Source of the DNA: Phyllosticta citribraziliensis
Taxonomy: Eukaryota
DNA: 64,000 nucleotides
Direction of reading: 5' to 3'
NCBI RefSeq assembly: GCF_038025025.1
Contig: NW_027117350.1
Span: 992,001-1,056,000 of the forward strand
The translations under genes and the position numbers were made by a program. The notes under the pieces were generated by a model, which was not told the origin of the DNA, did no database searches, and saw nothing but the letters and a program-made list of their open reading frames with translations. Below, in pieces: positions 13,134-26,907 of this stretch. Position 1 is the first letter of the stretch. Every line of letters begins with the position of its first letter.

Positions 13134-14186
13134 TTGTAGTGGTGATGGAGGGAGTAGGTTGGAGAAGAGAGAGGGGAGGAAGAGAGAAAGAGGGGTCTCG
13201 GACATGCATTTTACGACCACTTTAAGCGCTCAACATTAGTTACTTCGCTACATACCCCCTTTCTCACCTATCCGCTACCGGTATCTGTAACTCTATTGGA
13301 TCAACAAAACAAAACGCTCTTTGGCTACCCACTTCTTCTTCTTCTACCACTTCCCACCCTTCCTTTCCTACCCTCCCTGAGCGCAGTCACCAGATATCCT
13401 ATCCTGACCGCAGCATTAAAACCATAAAGACAGACATTTACAACACTTGACACTTCCACAAACAGAGAGATGGAGAAAGGCGGCGCAGACGAAGTGACGA
13501 TCAAGGATTCAAGGCTCGAGGTATAGATATAGATGGAGATCATGACGTCGTTACTACCTACCTACCTACTTACTTATTTACTCACTCGCGCACTGCAATT
13601 GCTTCAAGCAAGAGACGCTCGCTATGCATGCCATGCTATGCTCGCTATGCCTGTGGAATGTGATCCAACCTCATCCAAGCCGATCCAGCCAACCTCAATC
13701 TGCCCCGCCATCTCATCTGTCCGTCTATCTACCTCTCCATCTGCCCGTCCGTCCATGATTAAGAGTAAAGAAAAAGTAAGAAAAGGAGAAAAAGGAGAGT
13801 AAGAAGGAACATCGCTTCCACCACCAACCAACCAACCGACTGTCTGCTCCAGCAATCTTTTAATCTCTGTCCGCCTCTCTGCCGCCAATATCCACAACAA
13901 CGACAACAGCAACGAGACGATATCGACAAGAGCAAGAGTGATGAGAGCGAGAGCGAGATTACAGCCACATCGCCCGGATGCCGCCGTACAAGCAAGCCAT
14001 ACAGGCCAGCCCATCTCATCTCAACCCAGCCCAGCTCAGCTCATCTCAAATCCAAGAATCTCCATCCCATATGCAACACCAACGGTGAAAAACGTCATCC
14101 AAAAAGACGAGGAGGGGAGAAGTGGCTCAGCTCCAGCCTAAGCGCACCAAACAACGACAACAACAACAACAACGAAAACCCACAGC

Positions 14187-16023
14187 TCAGACATCCCTCC
14201 CATCATCGACGCGGCTGCGGCCCCTCGACGGACTGCAGCTTTCCCACGCGGCCGAAAAGCGGTCGTGGTCATCTTGGACCTTACGCCTAAAGACGCCGAT
14301 ATCCTTCAGAAAGTCCTCAGCCTTGGCCTGGAGCTCCGCAGCCAGGGCCTCGTGCGCCTCGTCGACGGCGTCGTCGTACTCGTAGTCCACGTTGTCAGGG
14401 TTGGCGTTGGCGCCCTCATCGCTGGCGGCGTAAAAGGCCGCGTCGTCGGCCTCGACGCCCGAGTCGTTTTCGTACTCGTCGTCTGCGTCGCCGCCGCTGC
14501 TGCTCTCCATGTGCGGCGGCAGCACGATTGGGTTCTTGAGCTCGCCGAGCGCCAGCGTGAGGTGGCGGCGCAGCGCCTCCGACTCTGCGCGCAGCGCCTC
14601 GTTGACGGGGCGCAACTCCTCGACCTCGGCCGTGAGTGCCTTGATTTTGGCTTCGGATACTTGTCGCGTCTCTTCCATGAGCCGCTGCATGACCTCGACG
14701 CGGCGCTGGTAGTCTTCCAGCTCGGCGGCTTCGGCCTGCTGCCGCCTAAGTGCAGACGCGTTGACCGAGACTTGGAGCTGGCGGATTTGCTCTGCCATGG
14801 CGGCGATTTGGGCATCGCGCTGGGCTGACGACAGCGAATCCTGGTTGATGGTGGCGCGCGTGCGGATGCGCTTCGCTTGATCAGCGTACCGCAGCGTCGA
14901 CAGCGTTTCGTCGTAGTCGGCGGGGGCGATGCAGGCGACCATGGCCGTCTTGCTGTTGCCTCCTAGGCTGTCTTTGAGAATCCAGGTGAGCACGCTGTCA
15001 CGGTACGGGACCAATTCCTTTTTCTTTCCTGCGCTGCTGCGCCGCCGCGTGTCAGAAGTGGGACCAGTGCTGCCGTTGTGGGCCAGGGCGGCTATAACAC
15101 GCCCCAGAGTGGTTAAGGATTTGTTGATCTTGCCTCCTTCGATGAGCCGCTGGCCAGTGGCTTCGGTCGTCTTGACGCGCTCGGAACCAGCCAAGTCGAC
15201 GAGGCGCATGCGCGCGGTGCGCTCGATCGTCTCGTCTGTCAACAAAGAATGCTGCATTTGTTTGAGGTGAATGGTAAATACGGCGTGAGATCGGGAAGAC
15301 GTGTCATTCATCTTTGTCGAGGCGGTGGTTCGGTTCAAATCACCAGTCCGCATGAGACGCGCAACATCGACGTAGCTCTTGACAGGTGCCTCGGAGAGAC
15401 CTTGTACATAGACGCCATCTGTTTGCGACTCGCGGATCTTGAGATAGCTGGCGGGATTCGTGCGCTGGGCCAGCAGGTCGCGGACGTGCTCGTTGTAGAC
15501 TTCAAAGTAGGATACGTGGACGGAGTAGGTGGTGTTGGGGGTCGGGTCGTTTTGGATGCGGTCGAAAAGTTCGTGGCAGGTGCGCGGAATCAGGCCAGGC
15601 TGCTCCGGGGTGCCCATCATGGTATAACTCTTGCCAGATCCCGTCTGGCCATAGGCAAAGATGCACGTGTGGTATCCCTCAAAGTTGTGGTTCAGAAACT
15701 CGCCGCCAAACGAGTTGTAGACGTCCTCTTGCTTGGCAAAGTGCGGGTCGACATTTTCGTGAGACCAGAACGACTTGTCGAAGATGAACTTTTTGTCCTC
15801 TGTTATCTTGCGCGTGCTCGTGCGGGAGTTGGCGGCGTCATTCTCGCCCGGCGGCAGCAGGATGGTCTCCTGGGTCTGGGGGTCCATGCGAACGAGACAT
15901 TCTGCGCCGCGTTCGAGTTCTGGGGGTGTCAGCGTGGACGAGAGAAGACGGGAGAGCAAAGGTACCTCGCTTGACGAAGCCTCGGACGCGGACGACGACC
16001 TTGACGTTTCCGCTGTCGGACAT
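14187..16023 (-). CDS. Short fungal kinesin-3 (UncB/NcKin3-like, Unc104/KIF1 family); intron 15920-15965
   Basis: MSDSGNVKVVVRVR start, FIFDKSFWSH, P-loop AYGQTGSGKSYTMMG, switch I NDTSSRSH, switch II LVDLAGSER, VPYRDSVLTWILKDSLGGNSKT, ETLSTLRYADQAKRI. Short coiled-coil and acidic tail with no FHA/PH domain. Confidence 0.93.
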
Positions 16024-16584
16024 GGTGGTGGTAGAGTGTTGTGGTTGTGGGGTGTTTGCGCGCAGCGACGGGGACGAAGCAGTAGAAGAGGCAAGGCCAC
16101 GGTAGGCTCTGGGGTCCATGGTGACTTCCAGAAGATCACAGCAGTGCTTTCGGAGCCGGCGCGAGCGGAGTTGAAGAAGCGGGTACATGTGGGAGGCGGG
16201 CGCAGGTGTTTGGTTTACTCATTGCCCGATCGGGCAAGGCGGCGGGGGCAGGAACGATCGCCCGGGGGATGCGATGATGCGCCGGTTCGGGCGCGCGGAG
16301 CAAAGAGCGTCAAGTGCACCGCCAGTGGAGCAGAAATTTGCGGTGCGGTGCGGCCGTGAGAGGGAGAGCCAGAGAATTCGCCGTTGGCGTCGAGGTTCTG
16401 TTGTTGTCGGCCGGTGCGTGTTGTCTTATCCTGTTCAACCTTCCCGTCTTCCTTTGTTGACCGTGTGCATTGACAGTGACCTGACAGCTCCCTGACAGCG
16501 ACCAAGGGATTCCCCAGGAAACACCACTCCCGTTTCCTCAGCATTCCGTCTCGCCCACCGCCCGCTGTCTGTTTCACGCCGCCC

Positions 16585-19500
16585 ATGGCCGCCTCACCAC
16601 CTGCGCCGTTGGAGCGAGGCGCCGCTCATCTCTTGCTCCTTCGCCTGCCGCCCCACGAGCGCCTCGAAGCCCTGGCCGACCTGGTTGCGGACCTTTACGG
16701 CCGCGCGCTGCACGGTCACCTGGACTTTGCTACCGCCCGTCTGGCTGCCGAGTTGCTGCAGCAATGCCCCGAGGTGAGCCATCTCGCCTGACGTGAGCAG
16801 CAAGACCCTTTTTTTGGTTTCACTGTGGCTGAAACTCCTGCCGACAGCATGGCGACGCGACCCGCGCCAGGTCCCTTTTTTTGCAACTGCTCCTCGAGAC
16901 CATCTGCCTGTCCGACTCCCACCAGCAGACCATTGACATGTGTGCTCGGGACCCACTATTGGCCAACCAGCTTGCCTCCTCCATTGGCCGTGACCTTGCC
17001 CGATCCGCTCTAGTCTTTTACCATCGCGACCAACTGGCCGTGCCACCCTCGTCCATTGCATCCAACCACTTGCCAGACGACGCACCTTTGGATGACCGAC
17101 GTCTGGTCAAATATCTCGACTTTTTCAGACACTACTATTCATCTGAAAATCCTTGCGATCTGTCAGTCAATCTCTTGCAAGCGCTGCTCGTTTTCTTGGG
17201 GGCGTCATCCCAGGAGATTTCAGATGCCAGTCGACATGTCCTATCTGCTGCCTTTTACTCTATCCGGACAGCTCAAAACTCGCTTGATATCTCTGACGAC
17301 AATCTCGACGTATTCGGTCCCATGGAAGGCGCCCTAGGTCCAGTCATCTGGACTCGCATCAAGGACCTCCTTTCCTCCCCAGATTCTCGCTTTTTCCTCT
17401 CAGCCTTCCATGTCTGGTTCAGGTGGTTCTCCCTTGGCGGAGAACTTGGCCCTTCGGCCGAGATCCTGGGGCAAGACGAGTACTGGGCCTTTTTGCAGAG
17501 AGGCCTTGTAGAGGGATTCTCCGAACAGCGCAAGTACTGTCTGTTCATTCTTCGCGCGTCTGTTGGATTTGCTCAAGGCCTACAGCAAGATGTGCATCAG
17601 TACGTCGCGGGCGCCAAAAACCCGACCTTTGAGACTGATTATACGCGATACTGCACCCTGTTCGAGACCATAATCCTTGGGCGGTATCTCAACCAAGTAG
17701 AAGCTTGCCTGCCGGACCTCCGTGCTCTGGCGTGGGGATCTCAGGTTCATCATACTTGGATCATCACGCTCTTGAGCGCATCATTGAGCACCTCGGTGCA
17801 GGACGGCATTCGCAAAATGATTGGCAACCAGATCTTGGATCAATTGGTTCCAATGCCTACCTATGCTACTCCCGTAGTGGAGGACTTTTTGGTCCTGTCG
17901 CTATTGCCGTGGGCTACTCAAGGTTGGCTCTTTACAGGCAGCATGTATCGTGACCGGGAAGATGTACGATGCCGGCACGGCGAGCTTCTCAGTGCCTACA
18001 TACGCCGTTTATTGCTGAGCTGCAAGGACGAGGCCTGCTGCCAAAAGTATGCGCGAGGAATCTTGACTTTTCTCCATGAAAGGGGAAAGAGACTGTTCCA
18101 ACACGCCCACTCCTACTGCCTGCAAGGCATTCTGGACGGCATGACCCAGCGCACCCGCCTCCACACCCAACACATTCCCCTCCTTGTGCAAGTTGCCATG
18201 CAGACTGGTCTCCCAGAAGTCGTTCGCGACTTTGCTACTGCTGCCGGGTCTGTCATGATTAACGAATCCGCCAGGGATGCTCCCGCAATCCTTGCCACCA
18301 TTCCTGGCTACAAGATTTTGAAAGGCAGATGGGATGACTTGCAAAAGAGGAGGAACTCAGACTTGATCACTTCGCCTTTGAGTAACCAGGGGGCTGGTAC
18401 GGATGCTCCCAGCACGGCCGTGAAAAGCATTGGTGCCTTTGAAGTTCCTGCCGGCTCTCAGACGTCATTGAAAACATTTTTGCAGATTTTGCAAGACACA
18501 AAGCACAAGTGCTTGCATGACAATGGTCTGATTGATGCTTGCAACTACATCCGCAAAGTCATCGTGAGCGGGACAGAAATTGGCCCGCAGGATCTCCACC
18601 TGGCGCTCGAAGATATTTGGGACGAAATGGAGCGACAAGAATACCCCCGGACTGCCCTCATGCAGCTACCAGAGCTGTTTTACCATCCGAAAATTCTCCA
18701 GGTTGCCTCGGAAGAAACCCAAGCGCTGCTCTCTGGAGCACTGTCCGACTTTTTCGCCTTTTCTGAGAGCCGCATCTTTGTGCTCACACCCTTGGCCAGG
18801 GCCGTGAGAAGAGCATACTTCAAGGTGCCTGAAGCATGCAGTTGGCTCCCAGTCGAGGATTTTGTCGTCCGCTTCGCCAGCAAGCCCCCGTCACCTAGAA
18901 TGGAGTTGCTCCTCGAAGCAGCTGTCGCCGGCAAGCTTTCCGCCCTGGTTCCTCACTGCACCTACGAGTATTACTATGGTCCCACCGAAGCGCGCGCATA
19001 TGCCTACGTGTTTGACATGCTCAACCGTCTTCGCGATTCTGACCGTCCGATGGCGATGCGCATTGTGGAACGATTGATGCAACCGTGGATCCATCAAAAG
19101 ATGCCCATTCCCATGGTCAGCAAGTGGAAAGAGTCGACGCAACTGCAGACTCTAATCCTTCTCCAAGGCCGTGCGTTCTCTGACCTATCTGACGAGGATT
19201 TGTCAGAAAAGCTCGAGACCTTTTTCAAGATTCTCGCCATTGAGCCGCTGCCACGGTATAGGTTCCTGCTCGAGTGGATAATTTCAACCATCTACGCCAC
19301 CCGACGCAACCTGCGCAACAAGATACTCGACATCTTGGACACGGAGGACCACACGAACCCCAAATTCTTGGCTTCTGTCATGAAGCTGGCCATCATTGTC
19401 GCGCGCCTTGGGGACTCTGGTGAAGAATTTGCGCTGAAGCTCATGACGATTCTGGTACCGTATGCAACAAGTCACAAGATTGTGATTCGACACGAGTCGC

Positions 19501-20600
19501 AATGGTCGTTCCTCCCGCTGTGGGACCACGCGGCTGCTAAGGGCTGGACAATGCTTATCGAGAACCCGGTGTTTGCGGCACTGAACCGGCACATTCGTTC
19601 CTTGGACAAGTACTCGACGCCGCCGCCGGACCGCACGCTCGAGTGGTTTGACCCGGTTGGCGACTGCAACTTGTTTACGTTGTTCCAGGGCAAGTATTTC
19701 GATTTGGAACCCGCGGAACCGCGGACCGTCTCCATGGACGACTTTCGCGCCGTCTTTCACGAGGACACCAAGGGCCCTGATGGCAAGCACTTGGCCCCGA
19801 GCCTGACCATGGGAGACCAGAAGCTGGCCATGGGCGTCTCGGCTCCCTCAAGCGACGCATCTGCATCCACTGCTGTAAACCTCACGCTGGACGTCGCATC
19901 CCGCCTACCACCAGCACCGGCCGCGGCGGCCCCCTCGACAAACTTCCTCCAAACCAAAGGCCAAGCTTGGCAAAACGCGCTGCTAGCACCTCCATCGCTT
20001 TCAACATCAACCTCCCCCACCACCACTGACACCAATTCCAACACAGCGGCAGCAGCAGCAGCGCGCCCCACGCCCGTCATCCTCATCGGCTCGCTCATCG
20101 ACAACCCCTACAACCTCGGCGGCCTCTCGCGCCTGGCCGAAATCTTCGGCTGCGCCGCCCTGCACCTCCGCACCCTCGCCACGCTCTCCCAAAAAGACTT
20201 CACCTCCGTCGCCGTGTCCTCGCAGTCGCACGTCCCCATCGCCGCGACGCCGCCCGCCGCCTTGCCGGGCTTCCTGCGCGCCCAAAAGGCGGCCGGCTAC
20301 GCGGTTGTCGGCGTCGAGCAGACGGACCGCAGCGTCGTGTTGGGCCGCGACGGCGCGGCGACGCGGCGCGTGCTTAAAGAGAAATGTGTCTTGGTCATGG
20401 GCAGTGAGCGCGAGGGCATACCGGCGGAGGTGCTGGCCGAGTGTGATGGCTGTGTGGAGATTTGCCAGGTTGGCGTTACGAGGAGCTTGAATGTGCAGAC
20501 GGCGGCGGCGGTCGTGCTGTATGAGTGGCAGCGGCTGCATTGGGGGAAGGGTAAGAAGGGGGAGGAGAAGGAGAAGGGAGAGTTGGAGGCGGAGAAGTGA
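16585..20600 (+). CDS. TRM3: tRNA (guanosine-18 2'-O)-methyltransferase, Trm3/TARBP1 family (C-terminal SpoU/TrmH SPOUT domain); intron 16774-16847
   Basis: About 1300 aa. SPOUT motifs at the C-terminus: SLIDNPYNLGGLSRLAEIFG, VGVEQT, LVMGSEREGIP, VEICQVGVTRSLNVQTAAAVVLYEW. The GTGAGC..ACAG intron restores frame to the ATG at 16585. Confidence 0.88.
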
Positions 20601-21967
20601 GGGAGGGGTGGTGGTGGTGTAGATATACTGTATGTACCGTGCCTATGTATGTAGTAAATGCATTTGCACGGCGACGGGGAGAGAAATAGAGAGCGAGAGA
20701 GACAGGGCGGTTTGTATCATCACCATCTGATGGTCTTGTACATAGCTCGATACACACATACATGCATGTACCCCTGCTGCCACCACAGCTATCCTACATC
20801 AACAAACTACATACATAGCAGGAGCAGCTGCCGAATTGGCCGGTGATTCGAACAAAGTAGTCCTCAACTTTGTGGACGCAGATTGTGGCTTTCCCGCACG
20901 TTGAGGCGAGGCGTTCAACCCATGCCTGCCTTTTTTGCGGTGCCCTGCCCTCCTGAATCCGGTCCAGGAAGGACTTGGGTGGGGCAGCAACGCACGCACA
21001 ACAACATCATCATTGCAGCAGTTGAGATTGGATTGGGATCCTTGCTCAGAGCAGAATGAGTACTCGGATTTCCAGAGCCCCCGCCGCCCGCCTCAAGCTT
21101 GTTGGTCTAGCAGCATAAGATACATAGGTAGCGGAATCGTGCATGTAGTATAGTGTACTACTTACTCATCAGGCAGACGAGCGAAGCAAATCGTAGACGG
21201 CGGGCAAATAAATAAATGTCCCTCCCGCACGTCGTTGACTTGGTTGGTCGTGAAGGGCCTCCCTCGCTGTGTATCTGGAATCCCCATGCCGTCCCCTAGA
21301 GCCGTCGACGACGCATCCCAGATCTTTGCGGCAGTCTGTCGGCACTGCCTGAAGGGTCCTGGTGGTCGGGATGGGCTGAACCGCACGCATCGAAAGCTGG
21401 CCCACCACCCGCTTCACTACCTAAGATGTGAGGAGGAAGGAAGTTGGTACCTACTTATCTGCGAGAAATGTTTCCGGCGGACGTTTAGGAGCCCATCCAG
21501 TAGTTTCCGCAAAGCCAAGTAGCGTTTCTGCGGCGGTTAAATTTCAGACGAATGTGAGTGTGATCTCCATATCTAGACACAACTTTTGCCCCTTTTCCAT
21601 TGATCTTTTTAATTTTCTCTTGTCTTTAGCGAAATGTCCTTTCCCCTGCTCCGGCTCCTGCTTCTCCATCTCCATCTCCATCTCCATCTCCGTACCTCTT
21701 GCATCAACATAAGTGAGAGAGAAAAAAAAGCCTATTGGTATCTATCCATCCATCCGTCAATCCCCCGCCCGTCGTCATAAGTCGCTTCGTTCGGCACTGA
21801 ACCATTGAACCCTCCAATTGGCGCTATAATGCAAGGCATCCATTTGGTCAACCATCAACCGAGTGGCTCGTACGGTAGCAAGCACCCCTCACGCTATGCC
21901 ATGCCATCCACGCAATCGGCTCAGCTGCTCATGATCCCATCCGCGTTGCACTGACAGCGTACCTCAC

Positions 21968-24249
21968 TCAGCGCCTGGCAACCACCCAGCGATTGACGTC
22001 GTCCCACACAGCGCCGCTCTCCTTGACGAGGCCCTTGTCCGCGGCGACCTTGACGCCCGCATACACGGCCTCCCACAGCTTCCACGCCGTATCCAGATCG
22101 CCAGCGAGGTCGACGCTCTCCGGGAACCAGTCGCGCGCGGCGCGCAGCTTGGTGTTGACGCGGGCCTCCGGGTTGGTCGGCTCGGGCTGCACGTGCAGCT
22201 CGTCGAGGTACGACTTGACGGCGATGCCCAGTGCGCAGTCGTTGGGGAGCAGGAACGGCAGCTTGATGCCCAGGTCCGTGTAGTCGGACCGGTCGCGCTC
22301 CGCGTCGCCGTTGAGCAGTAGCGTCGTCAGGCTGACCTCGGCCAGGTCGCGCAGGCTGCTGCTGACGGCCGAGATGATGCTGTGGTAGCCCAGGAGGTTG
22401 CGAGAGAGCGGGCCCGTAAAGCCAATGGCGCGATGGCGGAGCTTGCCTAGACATGCCACGCGAGACACCAGGAGCGTGTTGCGCTTGTCAGTCTCGGAGC
22501 CGCGAAGTGGTTGTCCGCCGTACGAGGGGAACATCAGGTTGGCATTGAGGAGGTTGAGACGGGCCAGCTCAATGGCTAGGAAGACGGCTTCCTCAAGCTC
22601 AGCACGGCCCTTGAGCGCAGTTATAGCGGCAGAAAGAGCTTCTCCCCAGCCTGTGAGCTTGTGGCTCGAGTCGACGAATTCGCGGAGTTGTAAGAAGCGC
22701 CAGATTGAGTTGTAAAGTATCTCGTCATTGGCCGTGAGCAGCTTGCTCGTGTCCTTTTTCGTCACCGTCTTTTCAGCAAACGCAGCGTCCTTGAGCGCCT
22801 CCACAGCAAACCCAAGAGTGTCGGCACCTTCTAGCTGGTTGACTTTTTCTTGTATGAGCGAAGCCTTGACGTTCCAATTGCTGATGATGGGTCGAAAGTC
22901 GGCGGCTTCTCTCAGAGAAATGGTCTTTGGGTTGGTGCGGTCGAACCAAGTCTTGAGCGAGACATCCTTGTGTTGGTAGAAGCGGTGGAGCGACGATGAA
23001 AGTAGAGAAATCGTAGTCGCCCTCAAAGGCACCAGGTTGTCGCGCACCAACTCGCGGTACTCTTGTGATTCTCCCCCGTCCAGGGGCGCGAACTCGACAA
23101 TTTCCGCCGAGGTGCGCATGCTGAGCACCCTAGGGCCAATGGCTCCTCGCGAAAGGTAAAAGTATACCTCGTCTGGCAAACGTTGGCTCATGAACTCGTG
23201 AACATCTCCGGGAGCATTGTCATTGTCAAACATGTGGACCTTGCCGTCGAGTGTGATCACAATGTGGTGTTGAACAGCCATCTTGACGCGCATAAACTTG
23301 TCCACGTAGTTTAGCTGCCGCAGCTTTGGGTCATCCTGATAGTGCTGGCAGACGGACATGCCGGTGCGGCCCAGGGACATCATCAGCTCGACCGCGGCCT
23401 TGATCTTGGTCTTGTTCCGGCGTGTCTCGAGCATCGGCAGGGGCGAGAGAAAGCTTGTTCCAGAAAGGATGCACGCGTCGACAAACTGATCCGCAGGAAG
23501 GTTCCCGAGGTCCATGATGCAACTCCTCCTCCTCAGCCATGTAAACTCCTTGTTGTCCCAGTCCCAGTTTATAATTACTTGATCCACGTCGAACAGTAGA
23601 ATCTCAGAGGGTCCGGAGATGGCCTGGAACACGTGCTTTGCCGTCTTTTCGAGATATGCGAGCTGGACTGTGGGTTAGCGGCATCGTTTGTCGAGCGACT
23701 CGGCAGCCTCACCTGGCCCCAGGCCGTGTAGGGCGCAACAAGGAAGGGGACGCCGGCTTCGTGAAGCAGGACCTGAAAGTGGCGCAGGTAGTCGTCGGTT
23801 TTTGTCAAGGCTGAGCAAGGACGGTTAGGGACAACAGCGGCCTCGACAGACGTGGGCGATTGGAGCCACTCACGAGCTTCACCAAAGGTTGCGACGGCGC
23901 GTTCTGCCTCGCCCTGATTGTAGAGCTCCCACGCATTCTCGGTCTTGAGCGAAACTTCGTCGGAAGCGAAGAAGAGCTTGTCGTCCTTTTTGCCGACAGT
24001 CAGGCCGCTAAAGACGAAAAAGGGTTGAATGTTGGCGCTCTTCCAGCGCGCAAGGTCCTCGTTGACGCAGCGCTTCATGGAGAAGGGCAACCCGCCGAGG
24101 GCGGGCAGCAACGATTCCTTGAAGTGTGGGTCATTGAGGAGGCGGTTGAGGTAGTCGGCGGCGTCAATGGCAATGGTGTAGCCTGCGAGCTCGTCGATTT
24201 TGGAGTGCTCGGCCAGGTTGGCGGTCCAGTCGTCGTTCATGGAAATCAT
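21968..24249 (-). CDS. MKT1: Mkt1-like protein (XPG/PIN-like nuclease-fold post-transcriptional regulator); introns 23811-23873 and 23663-23712
   Basis: XPG-N-like IAIDAADYL..LLPALGGLP..PFFVFSGL, XPG-I-like FLVAPYTAWGQLAYL, FVDACILSGT, QRLPDEVYFYLSRG, and C-terminal GFTGPLSRNLL..LPFLLPNDCALGIAVKSYL. Confidence 0.85.
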
Positions 24250-24581
24250 GTCGGGTGGAGCTTTGTTAAGGATGGAAAACAGACAGCGAGAGGGATTGGA
24301 GGAAAACGCCAGACGCCGACACCGCAAGGAACAGGGCAGCTAGGCGGAGCCGCGGGAGGGGGTGAGGGCGGGAGAGGCTGCGGGGAGGAGGAGCGGGACT
24401 GGGAGGAGTGTTGGTGTTGAACGGGAGCTCGACTGCCCTGACGCGCCACAGCTTCGCGGACGGCCCTCGCTCCATTCCACTTGGAGGCTAGCGCTCCTCA
24501 GCCCTACAAACACCACCACTCTCACCACCACCACTACCATCTCTCACATTCAGCCTCCATTTCTTGCCCTCTCATCTCTCC

Positions 24582-25804
24582 ATGGCTATCAACATTCCCA
24601 TCATCGACATCTCGTCGCCCAGCCAAATTGTGGCCAAGCAACTGCTTGACGCGGCTTGCGCCCACGGGTTTGTCTACATCAGCAACACCGACAATGCTGT
24701 GCAGATTCCCCCAGAAGACGTCCGAAGCATGTTTGACTTGGTATAGGACAGCCTACCTTGCTGCAATTCGACTCTAACACTCGCAGTCGAAAACCTTTTT
24801 CAAATCCCCAGACTCGGTCAAGGCCGAGTGTCCTTATCAGACCAGCAAGAACCAAGGCTGGGTGGGCATGCAGCGAGAGACGTTAGATCCAAAGACTCAA
24901 AAGGTACCTCCTCGGCACATCAACTTAGCTGTCAATTCATCATTGTTTCTTGCATTTGAGCTGCGTTCTTGTGAACTCATCTGACTTTACCAGCGAGGCG
25001 ACTTTAAAGAGTTGGTCTACCTTTCTGCCCCCTCGTGCAATTCTCAACGTCCACAGAGCCTTCAATATCGGTGAATACGTCAATGGCAAAGCTTCCCAGC
25101 CACTCCCCGCACCGCTGCGCCCCGAAGAAGCGCAGCTCGGCCGCTTCTTCGACCAGTGCCACACGTTGTGCAACCAAATTCTGCGATTGCTCGGAGCGGC
25201 GCTCGAGATTCCCCAAGACGAGGGCGGCGATGATTGGTTTGCCGAGCGTCACGACCGCAGCAAGGGACCCTCGGGGAGCATCCTGCGGCTTCTCTACGTA
25301 AGTTTTCTACAAGTGTCTCTTATCAGTTGTCTAACTCTTCAGTACCCGGCTCTGCCCCCTATAGAGACGACAGATATACGAGCCGGTGCGCATTCGGATT
25401 ATGGAAGCATTACACTTTTGTTCCAGCAACCCAACGGCCAGCCCGGCCTGGAAATCCTTCCTCGAACAGGAACTTGGACCCCAGTTCCAGTCAATCCGGC
25501 CAACTCAAATGCTCCGCCTATCTTGGTAAACATTGGAGACCTGTTGAACTATTGGACTGACGGCCTCCTCACGAGTACCGTACACAGGGTAGTCTTTCCG
25601 CCAGAACTAGACGAGGGAAAAGACCGATATAGCATGGCATTCTTCTGCCACCCCGTCGATGATGCCAAGCTGGTGCCGATTCCCAGTCCCATCATCAAGA
25701 AAAGGGCCAAGGGGGGCGAAGATGGCGCGAGTGAAAGGGGGCAAGTCTTGACGGCCAAGGACCATTTGCTGGAAAGACTGGCAGCAACCTACGGAGCAAA
25801 GTAA
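24582..25804 (+). CDS. 2-oxoglutarate/Fe(II)-dependent oxygenase (IPNS/DIOX_N family); introns 24741-24786, 24904-24993, 25011-25056, 25298-25342
   Basis: IPIIDIS, ACAHGFVYI, NQGWVG, GDFKEAFNIG, LRLLYYP, HxD motif RAGAHSDYGSITLL, VNIGDLL, STVHRV and the 2OG-binding RYS motif. Confidence 0.9.
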
Positions 25805-26907
25805 ACATTCACATGCTCATCTCTTGGCAATGGACGGTGGTACAACTGGTTCCGTAATCGTAATCGCTTTTCATGGGCTTCTGCGAGCAACTAATCAGGG
25901 CAAGATGATAAGAGGCAAGATACGTCAGGCCCAGGAGAACGGATGCTGCGGACAGACAGTTTCCTGCGATATCCGCCTCATCCAAGCGATCCAACGGCTG
26001 CGCGGGCGGGTGCGGCCCGTTCGCCTTGACGATTTGTGATCACAACATGCCACGTCCGTTGGTGGTGACGAGACTCGAGAGCCCGTGCCCGTAACGGCGG
26101 GTATATAAGAATGGCTGCGCCCGTCCGTGGGCTCCGATGGAATCTGCTCCGTCGACGACGAGAGGTTTCGGCGGGACCGAGACTGAGTCGTTCGGCGGGA
26201 GATGTTCAAGACTCGGCACGCAGTTCAGGAGACACCGGCGGGCCGTAGCCAAGAAGACGGCAGTGTGGTACCGAAAGCATCCAAAAGACTTGTCGCGGAG
26301 GTGAAGCAGTTGAGGCGGGGCGGCACAGGCAACGGAGCAGGTCGAAGCAGCGATGACGACGGCGGTCGAGAACAGAGTTGGGTGGCACAAAGGGACGGCG
26401 GCGTCTCGCGACAGTCATTCGACCAGCAGAGCCGCTGGCGTGACGGACAGGGCGGCATCGGAAGACCGGGCGCAGAAAAAGGGCAGCGCCGAGATATGTC
26501 CCCGCCGCCCCGACCCTATCACCGCCGCTTCCGACAAATCTTCGTCGCCCTGCCCAGCCAAATGCTCCTGCGCGACAAGAAAACACTCACATCACCCTCG
26601 AGCAGGGCTGAGAATAGGGGTTTCGGCTCCGATTGTGCTGCGCTTTTTTCCCTGTTGCACAATTCTCTTCACATGCTAACGTGATAAGGCAGGGCCCGTA
26701 ATACACTCTCGGACTCCCGGCATGTATCTTGCCATAGATATATACCAGCCAGCGCTGCCTCTTGCTATGAGTGTTTATAGCCCATCAGCACACAAAGCCT
26801 TTGATTCAATCATCAGACATCCTCCTTGAAGAGACCACTTCATCCAAACTCTACCTCACTACCTACCTTGTCGTGGAAAGACCAAAAGCAAACTCAACAC
26901 CATCACC

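Noticed and set aside
26202..26684. 160-aa ORF upstream of the F-box-like gene
   Set aside because: Low-complexity GC-rich sequence without motifs; more likely promoter DNA.
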